In this document: piece after piece, positions 55,693 to 64,000 of the stretch
How the letters are laid out: each line of letters starts with the position of its first letter
How positions within the stretch are numbered: position 1 is the stretch's first letter
Assembly: GCA_951406725.2 (NCBI GenBank)
Contig: OX597819.1
Location: 96,038,001-96,102,000 of the forward strand
DNA length: 64,000 nucleotides
Direction of reading: 5' to 3'
Source: Octopus vulgaris
Taxonomy: Eukaryota
Program-made: the position numbers and the translations under genes
Notes under the pieces: model-generated
Told to the model about the DNA's origin: nothing
Seen by the model: only the letters and a program-made list of their open reading frames with translations
The model's database searches: none

Positions 55693-55861
55693 CATACATA
55701 CGACAGGCTTCTTTCAGTTTCCGTCTACCAAATCCACTCACAAGGCTTTGGTCGGCCCGAGGCTATAGTAGAAGACATTTGCCCAAGATGCCACGCAGTC
55801 GGACTGAACCCGGAACCATGTAGTTCATAAGCAAGCTACTTACCACACAGCCACTCCTGCG

Positions 55862-55863
<2 letters not shown>
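55447..55863 (-). mobile_element. SINE family B, full length
   Basis: tRNA-like head ggcgcaggagtggctgtgtggtaag...ggttcagtcc, internal microsatellite, (aagtaaa) tail. Confidence 0.92.
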
Positions 55864-55911
<48 letters not shown>

Positions 55912-55915
<4 letters not shown>

Positions 55916-56970
55916 CATGCAGGAAGTAAATAGACACCTTTAATTTTCAAAATCTTTTATTTAATACACAAAGCGAACAGTTGAAATGTAATCGATAGGT
56001 AGGACTACATACTTTAGTATTTAGTTGACATTCCCTTTGCAGTTTTTAAACCAAAAGCCCGTTTTGGCATTGAACAGATAAGCTTTGTGATTGTCACTTG
56101 TGGAATTTCTGCCCACTTTTCACACAACAATCGAAACAATTCATCTTTAGATTTAGGTTTCTGTTGAGTTTATCGTATAGTTCTATCTAGTATGATCCAA
56201 AGATTTTCAGTTAGGTTCATGTCAGGAGATTGGCTCGACGAAGGAAGCTTTTTGATCCTATTTTCAGTCAGCCATTGTTGATTCCTTTTCGCTGTGTGGT
56301 ATGGAGCTCCATCTTCCATGAATAAAAACTCATTTTTCGTTATGTTATCATGTGAATATATCGGAAGTAGTCCTTGTTTAAGTATTTCGATGTATTATTC
56401 AGAGTTTATGGTTCCAACACATTCGATCAGCTCAGAACGATCATTGCTGGTGACAGCTCCCCATACAAATACAGAGATACCGCCATGTTTCACAGTCGTT
56501 TCAAATCAAATTCTTGATTGGGAAGCCTCCAGACCCAAATACGTCACATCCAACGTCTGAAAATAATGCAAATCTGGATTCATCTGAGAAAATCACTCTA
56601 TCCCCAAAATGAACTGGATTTTTCTGACATCTCCTTAGCCCATTTCTTTCTTTTCGTGATATTAATTGGTTTAAGGAGAGGTTTTCTTCTTGCTGCTCGT
56701 CCATAATACCCAAGCTTATGCAGATATGTAGCACACGTTCTTGGACTATTGCAATCAGAAGCCTCCGAACGGGATTCGTTTTCCACAATTCTCTTCAAAC
56801 AGCGAAGCTTCCTTTCCGAGGGCCCAGGTCGGCCGGGACGGGAATCTGTTGATTCTTTTCCTTGGCTTTTGAATTGCACTATAATTCTATTAACAGTAGC
56901 AAAAGGAATTTGAAGATTTTCGGCAATTTTTCACTTGCATAGTTACTCTTCGCAAATGTTTAATATAATG
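55912..56970 (-). mobile_element. Tc1-like (DD34E) transposon with decayed transposase (stop ~56014)
   Basis: [44 protein letters not shown]; one end ta|cag after (TA)n; other TIR not found. Confidence 0.9.
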
Positions 56971-57843
56971 GCAACTGGGATGAAAAAGAATAATTACATT
57001 GTAAATTCTACTGCTCTGCTCGCTCATGCGACCAATAGCAAACAAATCTCCTGCAAATCAGAGCCCTGCCATCTTTAAAAAAGTACTTTTGTATAATGTA
57101 ACTCAGGTTCCTTGCATATGGAAAAAACGAGGTAGTTATAGCTATCAGGATTGACTTGGATGAGACAAAAACAACAATAATAAAGTCTTATATATTTATA
57201 ATGTAAAATTTGTTAAGCACATAATCGCTTTACTATAACATTAAAAATGAATTTACAAGGAATTTTGACATAGAGTTCAGAAACATATTTTTTAGCATTT
57301 GATATTTTTGTATTTTACCTGTAGATTAAGCTAAACGAGAATTTTTTCAGTTAACCAAAAAATTCTTTATTAATTCTTCCCCTCCATTTTGCTCCACATC
57401 CTATAGGTGTCACAGTATGACACTGTGTTTTCAATTATTAAGTCTCATAGAGTCACAGCATAATCTTACATCGATGAACTTATTCAATCGGAATGATCTT
57501 AAACAACCACCGACGGCTTTTAAACAGTCTTTAACCACAGAAACAGAGTTTTCGATCTTAAGATTTCACAGCAACAATTTCGATTGTAAAATAAAAGAAT
57601 GAATGAATGAAAGAAACAAAAGGAGGAGGAGGCAGAAGTAGAAGAAGGAAGAAGATGAAAAATGAACGAAGGAGAGAAAGGAGGAGAAATCCTGTTAAAT
57701 ACAAGGGGAAATCAGCAAAGTTACAGACAGCTACATTGCCAAAATAAAGAATAATTATTTCTATTGTTCAGTTAAATCGACATCCCAGTGATTCGCAAAA
57801 ACTGTGGAGAAACGGATCTGTGCAAAGTTCCGATACTTAGAAA

Positions 57844-57951
<108 letters not shown>

Positions 57952-58729
57952 GGAGGGAGAGAGGCGGGGAGAGAGTTCTTTAATCGACTGGAGGCTGGCA
58001 GACGGTAGATGGAAGGAATTGCTTCTTCCATTGTTTTCTTTCTGACACGTTTATAAGTATTTCTATACGGAAAAAAGTTGAAAAGAAGACTGTTTTCCAC
58101 CGAGTATCCCACCACTGATTCTAATCTTTTCTTTCCCATTGATCTCTTTCTCTTACGTTATTGTCTTTCGCTCTTCCTTATTCCTCGTTTACCTTTTATA
58201 TTTGAATTTAACATTACTTCAAAACTCCACCCGCTCGCCCGCTATTCCCCCTGCCGTCTACCCCATCTGTTGTTTCGTATCCCGTCTTTATCACAACCCC
58301 CTCTTCTTATTCACAAACCTCTATTATTCAACTACACATACCGACATTTCCTTTCACAATTTACTTATTCACAATTCTTTCTCTTTCTATTGTAGTTTTT
58401 ATATGGTTTTCTTTATCTAAATATTTGTCTTCCTTGACTATTTTTCTGTATGTAAGTACGAGAGTGTGCATTTATGCGCACATACATACATACATACATA
58501 CATACATACATACATACATACATACATACATACATACATACATACATACATACATACATACAAACAAACACACACACACATATAATAGTTGGGCAGAACA
58601 AACACGATAAATAGAACTCAATGCACAAATATATAGAAATATATATATTTTATTACTTTTAATCGGTATATATATATATAGTATGTAGCTATATATATAT
58701 ACATATACATATATATATATATATAATAC

Positions 58730-58764
<35 letters not shown>

Positions 58765-58855
58765 TTTATTATATATAATATTATATAATATTATTTTATA
58801 TATATTATATATTATATATACATACATATATATATATATACATATATATATATAC

Positions 58856-58958
<103 letters not shown>

Positions 58959-58974
58959 TATATACATATATATG

Positions 58975-59012
<38 letters not shown>

Positions 59013-59079
59013 TATACATATATATATATATGTATGTATGTATATATAGCTACATATATATATATGTATATATATATTT

Positions 59080-59134
<55 letters not shown>

Positions 59135-59185
59135 ATGCTCACGTGTGTATGTACTCTGTACACATACTTACACGTACGGGCGCTC

Positions 59186-59244
<59 letters not shown>

Positions 59245-59619
59245 TTCTTTCTTCCCCTCCCCCACCACATTTTATTCTGTCTGTGTTTTATTGTTTAATT
59301 GTGTGAAATTTTCTTTGTCTTTTTTCGCCCCTTTGTTTTCCTCTCCACTTCGCCATCTCCTGCGAAACTTCTCGCCTTATTTCTTATCTTTTACTTACAT
59401 TTTCTCCTGTCTACTACCACCTCCACTCATGCCTCACCCTTATCACTCCCACACCCACCACATACATGCTCCACTCAACACAATAGCCATTGTTTGCTGT
59501 CAAAAATGCCTCATATATTATTGTCTCCCCTTTACATGCACCAAGGTGACGCTGTTGCTATTATCGTTACAGTTGTATTTGCTTTTGCAGCCATTGCTGT
59601 TGTTACTTCTGCTGTGTTG

Positions 59620-60684
59620 TTATAGTTGTTCTACTCTTACAGTTGTACTACTGTTGTTATGTTGTTGTTACTGATGTATTGCTGACGTTACAGTTGTTAT
59701 TACTGTCGTTCTTGTTATTATTGTTGTTGTGTTGTTGTTTCAGTGTTGTGTTGTTAGTATAGCTGTTGTTGTGTTGTTGATGTTGTTGTTGTTACTGTTG
59801 CTGTGTTGCTGTTGTGAAAGTTGTTCGAAGTGGTTGTTGTTGTTTTTGTGTTATTGTTCTTACTGCTGTTGTTACTGATGTGTTGTTGTTATTGTTGTTG
59901 TATTGCCGTTACTATTGAGTTGTTGTTAGTATGCTTGTTGTGTTGCTGTTGTTATAGTTTTAACCGATACCGTCGTACTACGGCTTTACTGTTGTTGTGA
60001 GTGTTGTAGTGTTGTTGTGAGTGTTCTTGTGTTGTGAGTGTTGTGTTGTTGTGAGTGTTGTTGTGTTGTTGTGAGTGTTGTTGTGTTGTTGTGAGTTTTG
60101 TTGTGTTATTGTGAGTGTTGTGTTGTTGTGAGTTTTGTTGTGTTATTGTGAGTGTTCTGTTGTTGTGCTGTTGTTTGCACAATTATTGCTGTTGCATTGT
60201 TGATGTTACGGTTGTTGTTAGTGTTACAGCCGTTGTTGTAAGTGTTGTTGTGAGTGTCGTAATGCAGTTGTAAGCACAATTCTTACTGCCCTGTTGTTGA
60301 TACTATGGTTGTTGTTAGTGTTACAATACTTGTTGCTTCTGTTATTGGGTTGTTTGTACTGCTAAAATGGTTCGGTATGATTTGAAGGAATTTTTTGACC
60401 TCATGTACCTCGTTTACTAACTACTGCTGCAGTTGTTGTTGCGGTTGTTATTGTTGTTATTGCTGCTATCACTACTTCTGACTTTGCTGATGCTTTCGTT
60501 ATTATCGTAGTTCTTATTGTTATTGTTGATGCTATTTATTGTTCTTGTTACTGCTGTTACCGTTGTTATTGTTGTATTCGTTGTTGTTGTTCTTTTCCTC
60601 CTCCTCCTCCCCCTCCTCCTCCTCCTTCTCTTCCTCCTTCTCTTCCTCCTCCTCTTCCTCCTCCTCATTCTCCTCCTCCTCCTC

Positions 60685-60739
<55 letters not shown>

Positions 60740-60740
60740 A
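59620..60740. repeat. (TTG)n-derived low-complexity block with a gttgttgtgagt minisatellite, then (CTC)/(TTTC)n
   Basis: Direct inspection. Confidence 0.85.
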
Positions 60741-60919
60741 GTTCAAATTTCGTCGAGGTTGACTTTGCCTTTCATCTTTCGGGGGCGATAAAATAAATAT
60801 CAGCCAAGCCCATGTTTTATACCAAGACAAAACAATGTACATGATAACACTTCCAATCGGTTAAGATCAGAAGCCATGAGAGTCACTGCCTGGCACTGCA
60901 CAGGGCATGTTATTGTGAT

Positions 60920-60961
<42 letters not shown>

Positions 60962-60963
<2 letters not shown>

Positions 60964-61180
60964 AGGCAGGAAATTGGCAGAATCGTTAGCACGCCGGACA
61001 AAATGCTCAGTCGCATTTCTTACTATTTTACGTTCTGAGTTCAAATGTCGCCGAGATTGACTTTGCCTTTCATCCTAGATGGGTCGATAAACTAAGCACC
61101 GGTTGAGTACTGAGATCGATTTAATCGACTACTCCGCCTCCTCACCAAATATTTTGGGCCTTGTGTCAAAAGTAGAAATG
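60962..61180 (+). mobile_element. SINE family A, older copy
   Basis: taaggc...ggcagaatcgttagcacgccgg...gagttcaaat...gactttgcctttcatcc. Confidence 0.75.
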
Positions 61181-63582
61181 ATTCTTATTATTGCTGCTGC
61201 CATCTCTGCTTCAGTTATCAAAACCCAGCCACGTCTACATCATGTGGTCACTCGACTTGCTAGAAATAGCTACGAAATCTCCCTCACATCAAACCTATTA
61301 TTTCGATCAATGAAAGAACACAGATAAAAGAGATCTGAACATACGACAGCCTGATTGCAGCTTGAACGCCCTTGGTTATAATACCTGCTTGTTCAGAGTT
61401 GATCTGGAGTTAAATAATTGTTCCTAACGCAGACACAAAGGTAGCAATTCAAGGAAGGAGATAATCGATTAAATCGACCCAGGGGTTTTGACAGGTACTT
61501 TTTTTTCTTGAGCCTGAAAGGATGAAAAGCAAAGCTGACCTCGGCAGGATTTGAACTTATAGCTTAAAGGGTCGTAACAAAAACTGCAAGGCATTTTGCT
61601 CGACGTTCTAACGATTGTACCAATCTCCAGCTCTTTGCTACTACACTACGACGTCGATGACAACGATGATGATTACCATCTCCACTACCGCCTAACTGCC
61701 CCCCGTCATCACCATTATATGTGATGTTATCTATTTGTAGACATCATATTTGACATTATCTAGATATATGTGACATCATCTCCAGGCACACATTGTGTGA
61801 CGTCATCTTCAAAGTACACAATGTATACATGATATCATCTCTGTATACACAACATATGTGACGTCATCTCTATGTAATAATATATATGAGACTTTACATT
61901 GCTAATGGTACAAATAATACATGCATCACATTTCTAATAACTCTTAGACAAATGACTAACCAAGTTTATTGCAACATTTCATCGAGAACAGAATTTCCAG
62001 TAGTTACAAGTACAAAGGTCAGACAGTATTTTACACTCATGTGAGAAACTCACATGAGTTCATACCTCCTTCATTTCTCCTCTCCCCACTACCGTTTCAT
62101 TTCTTATTCCCTCCCCGCCTGCTGCATTTCTCCTCCTTTCCTCTTATACCCCAAATACCCCAAGGCCCTAGTAAGACGTACAGAAGTTGTTGGATGAAAA
62201 GAGAAGAGATTTTGATTTATGAGGCGCATTCGTTCTTTCACCGGAGCTCCATACTGTTTTCGTTAACCTTATTTGACACAAAACCTCAGGTTGAACTCAA
62301 GGTACGTTAGAACGCATTTGCATACGGTGGTGCGCATTGGAATCGAATCCTCGACCACGCAATTGCAAAGCAAACTTCTTGATCATACAGCAATGCCTAA
62401 ACTTTTGTATGCTTTTTTGCGAGCAGAGTTTTGAAGATTCTTAAATTTTTCATTGATTTAATTAAGGTGAGGTACGTTTACACACCGGGAAAAGAAGTGT
62501 GATCTCAGGTGCATGTATTTACTTAGACTTCTACTTATTACAGGTTAAGGAAATATTTATTTAGTATCGATCCGCTGAATATTATTGACTCCAAACTTGA
62601 TAGCCGGCTCTCAATATCATCACATGATGCTGCTGTGTATATGAGAGTTTACTTAGAATTGCAATTATCAAACTACAATTGGATTAAGTACAACAAACAA
62701 TGGCATCTGTTGCGTCTTTCTCTAATGCGTATGTATGAGTGTGAGGGCGTATGTGTGTTAGTGTATGATTATGTGTGTGCGTGCTTGTGTATGATTGTGT
62801 GTATGTTTGTGTGTGTGTTTGCGTGTGTAGGTAAATATATAATTAAATCTACACAATGCTTTCTTGGAAAGAAACGGGTGGATGACAGTGGAAATCAGTA
62901 GAAGCAGAAGTAGGAAAGGAAATAAAGTTGTGACTAGGCGACCAGGTATATACATGAAACCATAGAACGGGTTGATTTAAAGAACTATTTACACACACGC
63001 GCACACACGCTCAAATCAACATTTTATATATATTTAAATTGGTTACTGCCTTTCAGTTTGGAGCATTGTAGGAGACCATTATTACTGTTAATAAAGTCTG
63101 CAGATGTTGTTGAGAAAACTCAGACCAAATCTGTTGTTTCTCAGATAATCGGTAGAAGTGTGTTTGGGCTGCCGGTCTCATGTCTGACTTCTCCGATATA
63201 ACAGATTCCTTGAACAGTTTAATTTAAACACCTACATCGCTGCTATTCAGGTTTTTAAAGCTCATTTATAAACATTGAACTATTGAGATTCCAGTTTTAT
63301 AGTCTCCCACAGATTTTCTGCTTATTTTCATTTTATTCTGGACAGCTCATTCGGAAATTACACCAATGTCTTATTATGGTGTCGTCGTAGACTTATGGGA
63401 CGACCGTCATGACTCCCGAGCAAATATCAAAGAGCAAAGAGAGCGACTCCAAGCCGTGGTGACTCATTTAGCCGCGGTAATTCACAAGAGACGACCTGAA
63501 TTCGATTCTGTAAAAAGTCAATGTATTTATTCTAATGATCATAAGAGACAAGAGACCAAGGTTGCATAATTTGAGACCATTG

Positions 63583-63730
63583 TTTCGTCTGTCTTTACGT
63601 TCTGAGTTCAAATTCCGCCGAGGTCGACTTTGCATTTCATCCTTTCGGAGTCGATAAATTAAATACCAGTTGCGTACTGGGGTCGATCGAATCGATAGCT
63701 CCCTCCCACCCCCAAATTTCGGGCTTTGTA
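63583..63730 (+). mobile_element. SINE family A, headless unit
   Basis: tttcgtctgtctttacgttctgagttcaaattccgccgagg...cccaaatttcgggc. Confidence 0.8.
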
Positions 63731-64000
63731 CCTGTTGTGTGGACGCCCCCAGACGATGAAGTAGGCTAGCCCAATACGTAGATATAGAGGGAAAAGCCTA
63801 GACGTCGGGAGTTGAGTAGAGGTAATCGGAACGTGCGATATAACAGTACATAGAGTAGAAAAGAATTTGTGACCATTGTTTTTCAAATGGCTTTATATAA
63901 TCTCGATAAAGACCACAAGACTACTTACCTATATTAATCTTGGCATAGATACTCTTTTGTAGAGCAGTGTAAAGATGCGTAATGCAATTTCTAGCTTTAT

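Noticed and set aside
63366-63569. 67-aa ATG-initiated ORF
   Set aside because: No recognisable motif or splice context; adjacent to SINE and likely decayed repeat sequence

Overview
Eukaryotic, AT-rich, extremely microsatellite-dense DNA, most likely intronic/intergenic sequence of a cephalopod (Octopus-like). The taxon is inferred from the tRNA-derived SINE families, the (TA)n/(TACA)n/(TAA)n load and TTAGGG repeats; no search was run. Almost all ORF-track entries are microsatellite translations. Real content is a nested pile of mobile elements: at least four SINE families, RTE, CR1/Jockey-like and R4/Dong-like LINE fragments, a Penelope GIY-YIG fragment, three mariner relics (one full length), a Tc1, a ZMYM1-like hAT, several MITEs with TSDs and a non-autonomous Helitron. 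Main highlights: (1) short non-coding modules carrying mostly degenerate minimal hammerhead-ribozyme motifs in or beside microsatellites, three of them as divergent inverted pairs, including a ~770-bp spacerless palindrome; (2) a SINE that multimerises through a fixed 184-bp junction at independent loci; (3) many fold-back palindromes and a DUP-INV-DUP template-switch scar; (4) one candidate host first coding exon (minus strand, MALDTGFLSFSHRMLDGIKE). Boundaries were read by eye and are approximate unless a TSD or TIR is cited.
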